DNA from: Anaerolineales bacterium
GTDB taxonomy: Bacteria; Chloroflexota; Anaerolineae; Anaerolineales; Villigracilaceae
NCBI GenBank assembly: GCA_034436275.1
Contig: DAOTVX010000038.1
Coordinates: 1-33,264 of the forward strand
DNA length: 33,264 nt
Reading direction: 5' to 3'
Shown here: piece after piece, positions 17,284 to 28,129 of the stretch
How positions within the stretch are numbered: the stretch's first letter is position 1
Layout of the letters: each line of letters starts with the position of its first letter
Program-made: the position numbers and the translations under genes
Notes under the pieces: generated by a model
Databases searched by the model: none
The model's input: only the letters and a program-made list of their open reading frames with translations
What the model was told of the DNA's origin: nothing

Positions 17284-18129
17284 GTGGAGACAATAACCGC
17301 TGTCCGGCCATCGCCAATCGCCGGGACATGGTATGAGGGCAATCCTGATGCCCTGGCCCGGCAGGTGGATGGATATCTCAAGGAAGCGCAGATTCCGCCG
17401 CTGGAGGGCGAGGTAATTGCGGTCATTGCGCCACATGCCGGTCACATTTATTCGGGCGCGGTGGCCGGGTATGCTTTCGCTACCGTGCTTGGACGCACCT
17501 TCGATCTGGTAGCCATCGTCTCGCCCATGCACCACCCTTACAACGCGCCGTTGCTGACCACGGCTCATCAGGCCTATGCCACCCCACTGGGCCAGGTCAG
17601 GGTGGACAAAAAGGCTGTGGAGCGCCTTTCGGCACGCCTGGAAGCGACCCTGGGCTATGGCCTTACCCCGATTGCCTACGACCGCGAACATTCGCTGGAG
17701 ATCGAACTGCCCTTCCTGCAACGCGCCCTCCACGGCGAGTTCCGCCTGCTGCCGGTGATGGTGCGGGCACAGGCGCCCGCCATCGCGCGCGCCCTCGGCG
17801 AGGCGCTGGCCGAAACGCTCCGCGAACACAACGCCTTGCTCGTCGCCAGCACCGACCTCTCTCACTTCTACCCGCAGGCGGAAGCAGTACAATACGATAC
17901 CGAGATGCTGCGCTGCGTGGAATCCTTTGACCCCGAAGCCGTCTTTCGCGCCGAACTGGAAGAGCGAGGGTTCGCCTGTGGTCTGGGCGCGTTGATGACC
18001 GTATTGTCGGCGGGACGCGCCCTCGGCGGTAGCAGCGTAAAAATCCTGCGCCATGCCACCTCGGGCGACGTTACCGGCGACTATTCTTCCGTTGTTGGCT
18101 ACGGCGCAGCAGTAATCTTGAAGAAGTGA
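17284..18129 (+). CDS. Memo-like protein (AmmeMemoRadiSam system protein B family)
   Basis: GTG start 5 nt after GGAGG. AVIAPHAGHIYSGAVAGYAF ... STDLSHFYP ... HATSGDVTGD are the MEMO1 His/Asp metal-site motifs. Confidence 0.75.
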   Translation: METITAVRPSPIAGTWYEGNPDALARQVDGYLKEAQIPPLEGEVIAVIAPHAGHIYSGAVAGYAFATVLGRTFDLVAIVSPMHHPYNAPLLTTAHQAYATPLGQVRVDKKAVERLSARLEATLGYGLTPIAYDREHSLEIELPFLQRALHGEFRLLPVMVRAQAPAIARALGEALAETLREHNALLVASTDLSHFYPQAEAVQYDTEMLRCVESFDPEAVFRAELEERGFACGLGALMTVLSAGRALGGSSVKILRHATSGDVTGDYSSVVGYGAAVILKK

Positions 18130-18132
18130 CCT

Positions 18133-19749
18133 ATGACTCAATTGCGCATCACCGACGATCTGGACGCCTTGCTGGGTGTCTTGCCCGAAGACATTGTCGC
18201 CGCCGTCCATCGGGCTAACGATTACGACAATCTTCTGGAAATTATCCTCGATCTGGGGCGCGTCCCCACCGCGCGCTTTGTGGACCGCGAGGTCGTGCTG
18301 CGCGACAGCGAAGTGACGCGCGCCGAAATTGATTACGTGGACGCGCGTGTCGGCGAATTCGACGCCGATAATCGCGCCGGGATTGAGCGCACCCTACACC
18401 GTATCTCTGCCATCCGCAACCGACGCGGGCATATCGTTGGCCTGACCCTGCGCGTCGGGCGCGCCGTGTATGGGACAGTGGACATCATCCAGGACATTAT
18501 CGAATCCGGCAAGTCTGTGCTGATTCTTGGCCGTCCCGGCGTAGGCAAGACCACCCTGCTGCGCGAGGCGGCGCGTATCCTGGCCGAAACCAAGCGCGTC
18601 ATCATCGTGGATACCTCCAACGAAATTGGCGGCGATGGCGATGTGCCGCATCCGGCCGTCGGCAAGGCGCGGCGAATGCAGGTACGCGAGCCAATGTTGC
18701 AGCATGAAGTCATGATTGAAGCCGTGGAAAACCATAACCCGGAAGTCATCGTCATTGACGAAATCGGTCGCGAACTGGAAGCCCTCGCCGCGCGCACAAT
18801 CGCCGAACGCGGCGTACAACTCATCGGCACCGCGCACGGCAACACCCTCGATAACCTGCTCCTCAATCCAACCCTTTCCGACCTTGTCGGAGGCATAGAG
18901 GCCGTGACTCTTTCCGACGAAGAGGCCCGCCGGCGCGGGACACAAAAAACAGTGCTCGAACGCCGCGCTCCGCCAACCTTCGACGTGCTGGTAGAAATTC
19001 AGCAACGCGACCGTTTCGCGATTCACATGGACATCGCTCAAGCCGTGGATGCGTTGCTACGCGGCTACCCTCTCCCACCGGAGATTCGCTGGCGGGATTC
19101 TGAGGGCCAGATTCATGTTGAGAAAGCCCTGCCGGCCGGAAGTCCGCGTCCCGACTCCGAGTTCCGTATCGAGAGCAGCGGTCGCCTGCGGCGTGGCGGA
19201 CGCGAGGAGACGGCGGCTCTCCCCTTCTCCATCGCTCGCGCAACCACAGAAAGTCAGTCCGCCGCGTCAACGACCGCTTCCTTGCGACCAGTGCGCATCC
19301 ATCCCTACGGTGTGGCGCGTGACCGCCTGATGCAGGCCGCCAAACGCCTGGGAGTACCGGCTATGGTGGTCAAAGATTTGTCGGAAGCCGATGTGCTCGT
19401 CACCCTGCGCTCGTATTATCGCGATCGGCAACAAATCGTGACTCTGGCCGAACATCGCGGCCTGCCCATCTACGTCCTGCGCGCCAATACCGTCAATCAG
19501 ATGGAACAGTTCTTGATTGATCTGTTCAACCTGGCAGAAATCACCCCGCCGCCCGATGAGATGGAGCGCATTCGTACCCAGACCGAGGCCGCCATCGCGG
19601 CCGTCTTGAACGGCGAACGTTGGGTGGACCTGCCACCCGGCCCGGCGGCGGTACGGCGCATGCAACACGAGATGGCGCGCGCCGCCGACCTCGTCAGCCA
19701 TTCCTACGGCAAGGAGCCGCGGCGACACGTGCGCATTTTCCGCGAATAA
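18133..19749 (+). CDS. R3H-domain ATPase (SpoIIIAA-like P-loop NTPase; Ycf45-like)
   Basis: Walker A ILGRPGVGKTTLLRE and Walker B VIVIDEIG, then a C-terminal nucleic-acid-binding R3H-like segment. 4 nt after the Memo-like gene. Confidence 0.65.
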   Translation: MTQLRITDDLDALLGVLPEDIVAAVHRANDYDNLLEIILDLGRVPTARFVDREVVLRDSEVTRAEIDYVDARVGEFDADNRAGIERTLHRISAIRNRRGHIVGLTLRVGRAVYGTVDIIQDIIESGKSVLILGRPGVGKTTLLREAARILAETKRVIIVDTSNEIGGDGDVPHPAVGKARRMQVREPMLQHEVMIEAVENHNPEVIVIDEIGRELEALAARTIAERGVQLIGTAHGNTLDNLLLNPTLSDLVGGIEAVTLSDEEARRRGTQKTVLERRAPPTFDVLVEIQQRDRFAIHMDIAQAVDALLRGYPLPPEIRWRDSEGQIHVEKALPAGSPRPDSEFRIESSGRLRRGGREETAALPFSIARATTESQSAASTTASLRPVRIHPYGVARDRLMQAAKRLGVPAMVVKDLSEADVLVTLRSYYRDRQQIVTLAEHRGLPIYVLRANTVNQMEQFLIDLFNLAEITPPPDEMERIRTQTEAAIAAVLNGERWVDLPPGPAAVRRMQHEMARAADLVSHSYGKEPRRHVRIFRE

Positions 19750-19782
19750 CGGCACGGCTGACAACAAAAAAAGGAGATCACC

Positions 19783-20763
19783 ATGCAGTACCGGGAACTG
19801 GGACGTACAGGCTGGCAAGTGTCAACGGTGAGTTTTGGAGCCTGGGCAATTGGAGGCAGCTGGGGGCCGGTCGAGGATGCCGAATCCTGGGCCGCACTGG
19901 AGCGAGCGGTCGAACTGGGAGTAAATTTCTTTGACACGGCTGACGTGTACGGCGATGGACGCAGCGAACGCCTCCTGGGGCGTTTGCGCCGCGCCTATCC
20001 TCACATTTACATCGCCACCAAAGCCGGGCGACGCCTGAATCCTCATCTTGCGGAAGGCTACAATCGCGCCAATCTCACGGCTTTTGTAGAACGCAGCTTG
20101 CAGAATCTCGGCGTGGAAGCCATTGACCTGCTCCAGTTACACTGTCCACCGACGCCGGTGTATTATATGCCCGAAGTCTTCGGCATCCTGGACGATCTGG
20201 TCCAGACAGGCAAGGTACGTTACTATGGCGTGAGCGTGGAAAAGGTCGAAGAAGCCCTCAAAGCCATTGAATATCCCAACGTGCAGAGCGTGCAAATCAT
20301 CTTCAATATGTTCCGTCACCGGCCGGCCGGGTTGCTCTTCGAGCAGGTTAAGCAACGCCGCGTTGGCATTCTGGCGCGAGTGCCGCTGGCATCAGGCTTG
20401 CTGACCGGCAAACTGCGCCCGGATTCGTCCTTTGCCCCCGACGACCACCGCGCCTTCAACCGCTACGGCGAAGCGTTCGATCAGGGGGAAACCTTTGCAG
20501 GCGTGGACTACGAAACCGGCTTGCAGGCCGTAGAAGCCTTGAAGGCCATTTGTCCGCCGGGAATGAGCATGACGCAATTTGCTTTGCGCTGGATTCTGAT
20601 GTTCGAGGCAGTAACCTGCGCTATTCCCGGCGCCAAGCGACCGGCTCAGGTAGAGGAGAACAGCGCCGCCGCCGACCTGCCGCCGCTCCCCGCCTCAACA
20701 ATGGAACAGGTGCGCGCGATATACGACCGTTATCTCCGCCCACAGGTCCATCACCGCTGGTAA
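19783..20763 (+). CDS. Aldo/keto reductase
   Basis: MQYRELGRTGWQVSTVSFGAWAIGG...FFDTADVYGDGRSERLLG...IDLLQLH is the classic AKR N-terminal signature. AGGAG ribosome-binding site. Confidence 0.85.
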   Translation: MQYRELGRTGWQVSTVSFGAWAIGGSWGPVEDAESWAALERAVELGVNFFDTADVYGDGRSERLLGRLRRAYPHIYIATKAGRRLNPHLAEGYNRANLTAFVERSLQNLGVEAIDLLQLHCPPTPVYYMPEVFGILDDLVQTGKVRYYGVSVEKVEEALKAIEYPNVQSVQIIFNMFRHRPAGLLFEQVKQRRVGILARVPLASGLLTGKLRPDSSFAPDDHRAFNRYGEAFDQGETFAGVDYETGLQAVEALKAICPPGMSMTQFALRWILMFEAVTCAIPGAKRPAQVEENSAAADLPPLPASTMEQVRAIYDRYLRPQVHHRW

Positions 20764-20904
20764 TTTCCCCCAGGAGTGATACACTACCACCCTGCAAAAA
20801 AGAGGTTGAATCCACAACCCGTTATGATCACAAACGTAGATAGATAAATGTCCACGCAAAAGTTGTAGCAGGAATGTTGCTCTGTTGCAAACATTCTCAA
20901 AGCA

Positions 20905-20980
20905 TGTCACGGCGAGCGAAGCGAAGCAGTCTCCCGGCAGGCAAGCGGATTGCTTCGCCGCCCAGGCGGCTCGCAATGAC
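20905..20980. repeat. MITE-family copy (diverged A-B arm, conserved B'-A' arm)
   Basis: gtcacggcgagcgaagcgaagcagtctcc ... ggattgcttcgcc ... gctcgcaatgac. Flanked by imperfect inverted repeats atgttgctctgttgc / gcagcagaacat. Located in an AT-richer 458-bp intergenic region. Confidence 0.7.
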
Positions 20981-21221
20981 ATCATCGCAGCAGAACATAT
21001 GAAAACTTGCAAAATCATAGGGTTTTCGTATTGCGTGCAATAACTTTTGAAGGCACGCCGTAGATAATTCTGACTCGACTGCCAAAAGGCCCTGTTACCA
21101 TCCCGTACCCAGAACACGCGCCGTAACCTTCGGCGCGGGAACTTTGTGCTCCCAGCATTTTGCGCGCGGCCCTCTGGCAGTGGACTCAACCTTAATAAAA
21201 CCCTGACCTCTGGAGGCGACG

Positions 21222-23234
21222 ATGATCAGTTTACCTGCGCTCGGCTGGCTGGTATTGGGGATTGTTGTCCTCATCCTCTTAAGTGGGATTCGCTTCATCC
21301 CCAATAACCGCATTGGGATTGTAGAGAAACGCTGGAGCCTGTTCCACGGCTCGATTAAGAGCGGGCTGATTGCTTTGCACGGCGAGGCAGGCTATCAACC
21401 GCAGGTTTTGCGCGGTGGATTGCATTACCTGATGCCGATTCAGTACGTCGTGCACCGCATGCCCCTGGTGACCATTGCTCAAGGCAAAATCGGCTACGTA
21501 TTTGCCCGCGATGGTCGTCCACTGGAACCGGCCCAGGTGCTGGCCTCCAATGTAAAGGCCAACGATTTTCAAGACGTGCGTTCTTTTCTGGAAAATGGTG
21601 GGCAGCGCGGCCCGCAGCGGCTCATTTTGCGTGAAGGAACCTACGCCATCAATCTCGTGCAATTCATCGTAATCACAGAGGAGCACGTTTACGGCCTGTC
21701 CTTAAGCCGCGAAGAAGCGGCTACCATTTCCAGAATGGCCGCCGTTATTGCCGAACGCGATGGTTTTAAACCTATTGTCATTAAAGACACCGATGATAAA
21801 GTCGGAATCGTCACAGTGCACGATGGGCCTTCCCTGCCACAAGGGGAAATCATTGCTCCCATCGTAGGGGATGATCCAACGCAGCCGGAACTCTATCACA
21901 ACAACTTTCAGGATGCAGATAAATTCCTGGCCGCCGGTGGACGTCGCGGACGCCAGTTACAGGTGCTGGTAGAAGGCACGTACTACATCAACCGCCTGTT
22001 TGCCACTGTGGAAATGATCCCCAAGACGGTCATTGAGGTCGGGAATGTGGGCGTTGTGGTTTCCTACACAGGCGAAACGGGTGAAGATCTCTCCGGCAAG
22101 GAATACCGTCATGGAGAGCTGGTTGAGAAAGGGAAACGCGGCGTCTGGAACGAAGCACTCTTGCCGGGCAAATACGCCTTCAACACCTATGCCGGCAAAG
22201 TCATTATCGTGCCAACGACGAATTTCATTTTGAAATGGATCCGGAACGAGACCGGCGCCCATCGTTACGATGAAAACTTGACGGAAGTGTCATTAATTAC
22301 GAAAGACGCCTTCGAGCCGTCTCTGCCGCTATCGGTAGTCGTTCATATTGATTACCAGAAAGCGCCTCTGGTTATTCAGCGGTTTGGCGACATCAAGAAA
22401 CTGGTTGAACAAACGCTAGACCCTATGGTAGCCGCTTACTTCAAGAATATTGCCCAAACCCGCACCTTGATTCAACTGCTTCAGGAGCGCAGTGCGATTC
22501 AGCAGCAGGCCAGTCTGGAAATGAAGGAGAAATTTGCCCATTACAACCTGGAACTGGAAGAAGTCCTGATCGGAACACCCACCTCCCAGCCCGGCGATAC
22601 ACAAATTGAGACCATCCTCACCCAGTTGCGCGCCAGGCAGGTGGCTACCGAACAGGTCGAAACCTATGCACGCCAGCAGCAGGCCGCGTTGAAGGAACGA
22701 GAATTGCGCGAGGCCGAGGCGCGTGCACAAATGCAAAGCCGGCTGACCGAGGCCGAATTGAATATCAGCATTCAGACCAACCAGGGTAAGGCAGAGTATC
22801 AACGCTCGGTTCAACAAGCCGCCCAGATACGCGCCCTGGCAGAAGCGGAGGCCGAAAAAGTGGCTCGGGTAGGGATTGCTCAGGCGATGGCAATTGAAGA
22901 ACAGGTACGCGCCTACGGCGGGCCGCAATTCCAGGTAACGCAGCAGGTGCTTAATCGGTTCGCGGAGGCCATTCAGCAATCCGGCGTGGACGTAGTACCA
23001 CGGGTAGTCGTCAACGGCGGCGGGAAAGATGGAGAAGCCGTCACAGCCAACATCATGGAAGCCTTATTAACCCTGCTGCTGTCCGAACGGTTCGGGGCCC
23101 TTGCGAAAGAGACGCCGCAGAGTCAGCCGTCGCCTGCTGCGGAAACCGTGCGGGAAAAAATCAAGGCCGGTCTGGAGCAATCCAAACCGCAGGAAGACCG
23201 CCATGTCGAAAATCAGGCCGGGGAAGCGCAATAA
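21222..23234 (+). CDS. Flotillin-like SPFH-domain protein (YqiK/FloT-like)
   Basis: N-terminal TM hairpin (LGWLVLGIVVLILLSGI), SPFH core, and a long EA-rich coiled-coil region (QVATEQVETYARQQQAALKERELREAEARAQMQSRLTEAELN...AEAEAEKVARVGIAQAMAIEEQ) typical of flotillins. GGAGG ribosome-binding site. Confidence 0.8.
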   Translation: MISLPALGWLVLGIVVLILLSGIRFIPNNRIGIVEKRWSLFHGSIKSGLIALHGEAGYQPQVLRGGLHYLMPIQYVVHRMPLVTIAQGKIGYVFARDGRPLEPAQVLASNVKANDFQDVRSFLENGGQRGPQRLILREGTYAINLVQFIVITEEHVYGLSLSREEAATISRMAAVIAERDGFKPIVIKDTDDKVGIVTVHDGPSLPQGEIIAPIVGDDPTQPELYHNNFQDADKFLAAGGRRGRQLQVLVEGTYYINRLFATVEMIPKTVIEVGNVGVVVSYTGETGEDLSGKEYRHGELVEKGKRGVWNEALLPGKYAFNTYAGKVIIVPTTNFILKWIRNETGAHRYDENLTEVSLITKDAFEPSLPLSVVVHIDYQKAPLVIQRFGDIKKLVEQTLDPMVAAYFKNIAQTRTLIQLLQERSAIQQQASLEMKEKFAHYNLELEEVLIGTPTSQPGDTQIETILTQLRARQVATEQVETYARQQQAALKERELREAEARAQMQSRLTEAELNISIQTNQGKAEYQRSVQQAAQIRALAEAEAEKVARVGIAQAMAIEEQVRAYGGPQFQVTQQVLNRFAEAIQQSGVDVVPRVVVNGGGKDGEAVTANIMEALLTLLLSERFGALAKETPQSQPSPAAETVREKIKAGLEQSKPQEDRHVENQAGEAQ

Positions 23235-23374
23235 CAGGTCACGATCACCGCTCACCAATCCGTGCCTGACCATGCCGGTCCGCTCCGCAAAGTCAACGCC
23301 AGGGCAGGCAACCATTGCCGCTCCTGGCTCCCCAGGCCGCGCGTGCAGGTACAGGATTGACTGAAAATTACGCT

Positions 23375-24520
23375 ATGGCTCCTATACGGCGTACGGCTAA
23401 CCGCTACCTGATCATCGCTGTGCTCATGCTTATCCTGGGAGCGATAGGCTACTGGTTACGCGCCGTTTTCAAGCCCTTGCTTCTGGCCGCGTTGACGGCG
23501 TACCTGCTCTACCCGCTGGTACACTTCCTGCACACGCGCTTCAAGATGAAGCGGAAACTGGCCGCCAATCTGGTCTACTTCACCAGTCTGGCGGTGCTGA
23601 TTGCTCTGCCGGCGACGCTGATCCCGGTCCTGGCCGATGAATTGCAGACCATTATTGACGATTTGCTTCTCATTGTGGATCAAATCGAGGGCCTCCTTGC
23701 CCGCCCCTTTGCTCTCTTCGGCGTGACTTTCCACCTCCAGGCACTGGTGCCATCGTTCAAAGAGTCGCTGACAACGTTCCTGACGCCCCTGCCGCAAGAC
23801 GCCTGGCGGCTTATCGAGGCCACGTCCAAAAACGCCCTCTGGTTCCTGGTAGTCGTGGTCGGCGCCTACTACTTCCTGACCGGCTGGGAGGAGACGCGCG
23901 AATGGCTGATCGGTCTGGCGCCGCTGGAGTACCGGCCTGTGATGCGCCGATTATACGGCGAAATTCGCGCCGTCTGGCTGGCCTACCTGCGAGGGCAGTT
24001 GACGCTGATGGCTCTCGTCGCAGTGACATTTTCATTGCTCTGGACTATCATTGGCCTGCCCGGCGCCCTGATTCTGGGCCTGGCAGCCGGTCTGTTCAGC
24101 ATCATCCCCGATGTCGGGCCGTTCCTGGCCACGCTCCTGGCCGTCCTCGTCGCCTTGCTGGAGGGTTCCACCTGGATACCCTGGGATAACCTCTGGTTCG
24201 CGGTTCTGGTCGCCGGCCTCTATCTGGTGCTCATCAACATTAAGAATGTCTGGCTCCGCCCCTATATTCTGGGCCGTAGCGTGCACATGCACGAAGGTAT
24301 CGTGTTCATCGCGATCATTGCCGCCGTGGTGACAACCGGCATTCTGGGAGCATTCCTCGTCGTTCCCGTGCTGGCTTCGGCAGCCGTGCTATGCCGTTAC
24401 CTCTGGCGGCGTGCGCTGGGCGCATCTCCTTTCCCGGCCGCACAGACCACGCAGCGCGCTGCCGCGCGGGCAAAAAGCAAGAAAACATATCGCACTCTCA
24501 GGAGGAAGAAACCATCATGA
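23375..24520 (+). CDS. AI-2E family transporter (PerM/UPF0118)
   Basis: About 8 TM helices. The conserved C-terminal region [23 protein letters not shown]...[25 protein letters not shown] matches the AI-2E family signature. Confidence 0.75.
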   Translation: MAPIRRTANRYLIIAVLMLILGAIGYWLRAVFKPLLLAALTAYLLYPLVHFLHTRFKMKRKLAANLVYFTSLAVLIALPATLIPVLADELQTIIDDLLLIVDQIEGLLARPFALFGVTFHLQALVPSFKESLTTFLTPLPQDAWRLIEATSKNALWFLVVVVGAYYFLTGWEETREWLIGLAPLEYRPVMRRLYGEIRAVWLAYLRGQLTLMALVAVTFSLLWTIIGLPGALILGLAAGLFSIIPDVGPFLATLLAVLVALLEGSTWIPWDNLWFAVLVAGLYLVLINIKNVWLRPYILGRSVHMHEGIVFIAIIAAVVTTGILGAFLVVPVLASAAVLCRYLWRRALGASPFPAAQTTQRAAARAKSKKTYRTLRRKKPS

Positions 24521-25446
24521 GCATTACTTTCTCTGTCGTCGCTCCCATTTTTAACGAAGTAGAGAACATTCCTGAACTCTACCGTCGCGTGCGCGAGGTG
24601 ATGACGGCTACCGGCGAGACGTGGGAACTGGTGCTGGTGGACGACGGTTCCACGGACGGCTCTACCGAACAGATTCGCGCTCTGGCAAAGGAAGATACCC
24701 ACGTTCGCCCGGTGATCTTTGCCCGTAACTTCGGCCATCAGATTGCCATCACCGCCGGCTGGGACTACGCGCGTGGACAGGCTGTGATCATCATTGACGC
24801 GGATTTGCAGGACCCGCCGGAAGTCATCCCGGAGTTGATTGCCCGCTGGCGCGAGGGCTACGAAGTTGTCTATGCCGTGCGCGCGGAGCGCGAAGGCGAA
24901 ACCTGGTTCAAGAAGGCGACAGCGGCATTGTTTTATCGCCTGATCTACCGCATTACCGATGTCAAGATTCCTGTGGACACCGGCGACTTCCGCCTGATGG
25001 ATCGTAAGGTGGTGGACGTGCTGAAGACCATGCACGAGCGGCATCGTTTTCCGCGCGGCATGTCGGCCTGGGTAGGCTTTCGTCAGATCGGCGTACCGTA
25101 CAAGCGCGCGCCGCGCTTTGCCGGCAAAACGAAATACCCCTTCAAGAAAATGTTGAAACTGGCCCTGAACGCGATTACCAGTTTCTCCTATTTTCCCTTG
25201 CAACTGGCAACATACCTGGGCTTCCTCTCCGCAGGCATCGCCATTCTTGCCATCCCGCTGGTCATCATCACACGGCTGCTTGGCGCCCAGGCCTTTTTCG
25301 GTCAGGCCTCCACGCTCATTGCCGTACTGTTCCTGGGCGGCGTGCAATTAATTTCGCTTGGTGTACTGGGTGAATATATCGGGCGAATCTATGACGAGGT
25401 CAAGGGCCGGCCGCTCTATATCGTGCGCGAGGGGCCAGAGGACTGA
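24517..25446 (+). CDS. GT2-family glycosyltransferase (polyprenol-phosphate glycosyltransferase-like)
   Basis: AGGAGG ribosome-binding site. ATGA overlap with the upstream gene. [14 protein letters not shown] ... [12 protein letters not shown] ... [12 protein letters not shown] (DxD) motifs, plus two C-terminal TM helices as in DPM1/GtrB-like enzymes. Confidence 0.85.
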   Translation: MSITFSVVAPIFNEVENIPELYRRVREVMTATGETWELVLVDDGSTDGSTEQIRALAKEDTHVRPVIFARNFGHQIAITAGWDYARGQAVIIIDADLQDPPEVIPELIARWREGYEVVYAVRAEREGETWFKKATAALFYRLIYRITDVKIPVDTGDFRLMDRKVVDVLKTMHERHRFPRGMSAWVGFRQIGVPYKRAPRFAGKTKYPFKKMLKLALNAITSFSYFPLQLATYLGFLSAGIAILAIPLVIITRLLGAQAFFGQASTLIAVLFLGGVQLISLGVLGEYIGRIYDEVKGRPLYIVREGPED

Positions 25447-26250
25447 TCACGAGGGCGCTAACGCGGCACGCAAGGCGGACACGAAACGCGCCGCGTGCGC
25501 AACCGGCGTTTCACTCTGCCGCACGACTTCGATCAGCGCCGAACCGACGATGACGCCATCGGCCAGCCTCCCTACCTGGCGCGCCTGCTCTGGCGTGGCA
25601 ATGCCAAAACCGACCGCCAGCGGTTTATCGGTGACAGCCCGGGCGCGCTCCACAAAGGCGCTCAAATCGGGCGGCAGCGTCTGCCGCGCACCGGTTACGC
25701 CCGTCAGGGATACCAGATACAGGAAACCGGTCGTACGTTCCCCAAGCCGCTTCAGACGGTCAGGCGGCGTGTTGGGCGAGGCCAGAAACACCAGCGCCAG
25801 ACCGCTGTTCCGGCAAAGCATTTCTGCCTCCGCCGCCTCTTCCAGCGGTAAATCGGGCAGAATCAGCCCATCTGCCCCCGCCTGCGCCGCATCGCGAACA
25901 AACCGTCCCAGGCCATAGGCCAGCGCCGGGTTGAGGTATCCCATAAGCACGAGGGGCTGGGTCAGGCCACGCTGACGCAAGACGGCAGTCATTTCCAGGG
26001 CGCGCTCCACGCACATCCCCTGCTCCAATGCAACCTGCGTGGAATGTTGTATCGTAGGGCCATCGGCCAGAGGATCCGAGAATGGGATACCCAGTTCCAG
26101 CAAATCCGCGCCGGCCTGAGCAATCGCCATGATAATTTCCAGAGACAGGGAAGGATCGGGATAACCCAGGGTAAAGTAAGGCATCAGGGCCGCGCGACGC
26201 TGCGCGCGACAGGTTCGAAACAGGGTAGCCATGCGCTCAATGCCTGTCAT
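25447..26250 (-). CDS. trpA: Tryptophan synthase alpha chain
   Basis: [12 protein letters not shown] ... [18 protein letters not shown] ... GFGI are TrpA signatures. Start overlaps the trpB stop (ATGA). Confidence 0.9.
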   Translation of the reverse strand: MTGIERMATLFRTCRAQRRAALMPYFTLGYPDPSLSLEIIMAIAQAGADLLELGIPFSDPLADGPTIQHSTQVALEQGMCVERALEMTAVLRQRGLTQPLVLMGYLNPALAYGLGRFVRDAAQAGADGLILPDLPLEEAAEAEMLCRNSGLALVFLASPNTPPDRLKRLGERTTGFLYLVSLTGVTGARQTLPPDLSAFVERARAVTDKPLAVGFGIATPEQARQVGRLADGVIVGSALIEVVRQSETPVAHAARFVSALRAALAPS

Positions 26251-27458
26251 GTTGCCCTCGCAAGAGAAGGGGTGGGATTTTCCATCAACAGAGCTTTCGT
26301 TACCGTATCCAGGTCTTTATCGCCGCGACCGGAAAGATTGACGAGGATAATCGTCTCCGGCGACAGAGCGGGTGCCAGTCGAATCGCCTCGGCCACCGCG
26401 TGCGCCGATTCAAGCGCCGGCAGGATTCCCTCCGTACGCGCCAGCATTTGAAAGGCGTCGAGTGCCTGCGCATCCGTCGCCCAGGTGTATTCAGCGCGGC
26501 CCACCGCGCGCAGGTAGGCATGTTCCGGCCCTACCGCCGCGTAGTCTAAACCGGCAGAAATCGAGTGCGTCTCGGCAATCTGTCCGTCCTCCGTTTGCAA
26601 AACAAAGGTGTACGTGCCATGCAGGACGCCAGGCCGCCCCAACTGCGTATCCGCGAAGCGGGCCGCATGACGTCCACTTTCGATCCCTTCGCCGCCGGCC
26701 TCCACCCCTATCAGGCGCACAGCGGCATCGTTCAGAAAGGCAGTAAACAGACCAATGGCGTTCGAGCCGCCTCCCACACAGGCCACACAGACATCTGGCA
26801 AACGTCCGGCCTGTTCCAGAATCTGGGCCCGCGCCTCATCGCCGATGACCCGCTGGAAGTCGCGCACGATGGTCGGGTATGGATGTGGCCCTAACGCCGA
26901 ACCGAGCAGGTAGTACGTATCGCGCACATTCGTCACCCAATCGCGAATCGCCTCGTTGATAGCATCCTTCAGGGTGCGACTGCCGCTCTCAACCGGCCGC
27001 ACTTCAGCCCCAAGCAAACGCATACGCAGCACGTTCGGCTGCTGGCGGGCCATATCCACGGCGCCCATATACACCACACACTCCAGGCCCAGCAGGGCCG
27101 CGGCGGTCGCGGTAGCAACACCATGCTGACCGGCACCAGTCTCGGCAATGATACGCCGTTTGCCCATGCGTTTGGCCAGCAGAGCCTGTCCCAACGCGTT
27201 GTTGATTTTATGGGCGCCGGTATGCGCCAGGTCCTCACGCTTCAGGTAGATTTGCGCTCCGCCCAGCGACTGGCTCAAGCGGCGAGCATGGAACAGCGGC
27301 GTTGGCCGCCCGGCGTATTTCTCCAGCAAGTCTTGCAACTCACTTTGAAAGATTGAATCGCGCCGCGCCGCCTCGTAAGCGGCCTCCAGCTCAGCAACTG
27401 CCGGCATCAAGACTTCAGGGATAAACTGTCCTCCAAAAGGGCCAAATTTTGCGTTCAT
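26247..27458 (-). CDS. trpB: Tryptophan synthase beta chain
   Basis: [29 protein letters not shown] (PLP lysine), GGGSNAIG, and the full-length 403-aa match to the TrpB pattern. Confidence 0.95.
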   Translation of the reverse strand: MNAKFGPFGGQFIPEVLMPAVAELEAAYEAARRDSIFQSELQDLLEKYAGRPTPLFHARRLSQSLGGAQIYLKREDLAHTGAHKINNALGQALLAKRMGKRRIIAETGAGQHGVATATAAALLGLECVVYMGAVDMARQQPNVLRMRLLGAEVRPVESGSRTLKDAINEAIRDWVTNVRDTYYLLGSALGPHPYPTIVRDFQRVIGDEARAQILEQAGRLPDVCVACVGGGSNAIGLFTAFLNDAAVRLIGVEAGGEGIESGRHAARFADTQLGRPGVLHGTYTFVLQTEDGQIAETHSISAGLDYAAVGPEHAYLRAVGRAEYTWATDAQALDAFQMLARTEGILPALESAHAVAEAIRLAPALSPETIILVNLSGRGDKDLDTVTKALLMENPTPSLARAT

Positions 27459-28120
27459 GGTTCCTTCTCCCAGGCCAGAGTTTCCAGGGCGGCGCGTGCC
27501 TGTTGCACGAACGCCTGCATTTTACACCGATCTTTCCGCCCCGGTTCCGCTTCCACGCCTGACGCCACATCCACACCCCATGGGCGGACCTGCTGCACGG
27601 CCGCGGCAACGTTTTCCGGCGTCAGGCCGCCGGCCAGCAAAATCGGCATCCAGCGCGCCACGCTGCGCGCCAGCGCCCAATCCGCCTGTTGACCGGTGCC
27701 GCCGTACTGTCCGCGCACCGCCGCATCCAGCAGGTAAGCCGGCGGCGCAGGACGGGGAGGATAGTGTAACAGCGCGGCCTGGAGATCGCGACCATTGGCC
27801 AGGCGCAGGGCCTTGAAGGCGCGCCCCCCAAGCGCCTGTATCGCCTCCGGCGTCTCATCCCCAGACAGTTGCGCCAGATGCAACCCACAGGTATCCAGAA
27901 GCGCCGCAATCTCTGTGGCCGGCGTATTGACAAAGACCCCAACGAGCGTGACGCCAGGCGCCTGTTCGGACACATGACGAGAGATTTGGGCACAGACCTG
28001 CGGCGTCACATAGCGCGGGCTTTTGGGGTAGAAATTGAATCCCAGCATATCCGCCCCGGCTTCCACCGCCGCCAGCGCATCCTCGAGCGTCGTCAGGCCA
28101 CAGATTTTCACCACGATCAT
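27455..28120 (-). CDS. trpF: Phosphoribosylanthranilate isomerase
   Basis: [38 protein letters not shown] is the canonical TrpF N-terminus. ATGA overlap with trpB. Confidence 0.9.
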   Translation of the reverse strand: MIVVKICGLTTLEDALAAVEAGADMLGFNFYPKSPRYVTPQVCAQISRHVSEQAPGVTLVGVFVNTPATEIAALLDTCGLHLAQLSGDETPEAIQALGGRAFKALRLANGRDLQAALLHYPPRPAPPAYLLDAAVRGQYGGTGQQADWALARSVARWMPILLAGGLTPENVAAAVQQVRPWGVDVASGVEAEPGRKDRCKMQAFVQQARAALETLAWEKEP

Positions 28121-28129
28121 CGTTTCACC

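Noticed and set aside
16391-18210. Minus-strand ORFs of 312 and 385 aa
   Set aside because: Antisense to DUF1015 and the Memo-like gene. Arg/Gly-rich translations with no family resemblance.
20897-21085. 62-aa ORF inside the MITE copy (also 113..310 and the start of 10449..10916)
   Set aside because: These are translations of repeat-element hairpin sequence. They are not conserved between copies in frame.
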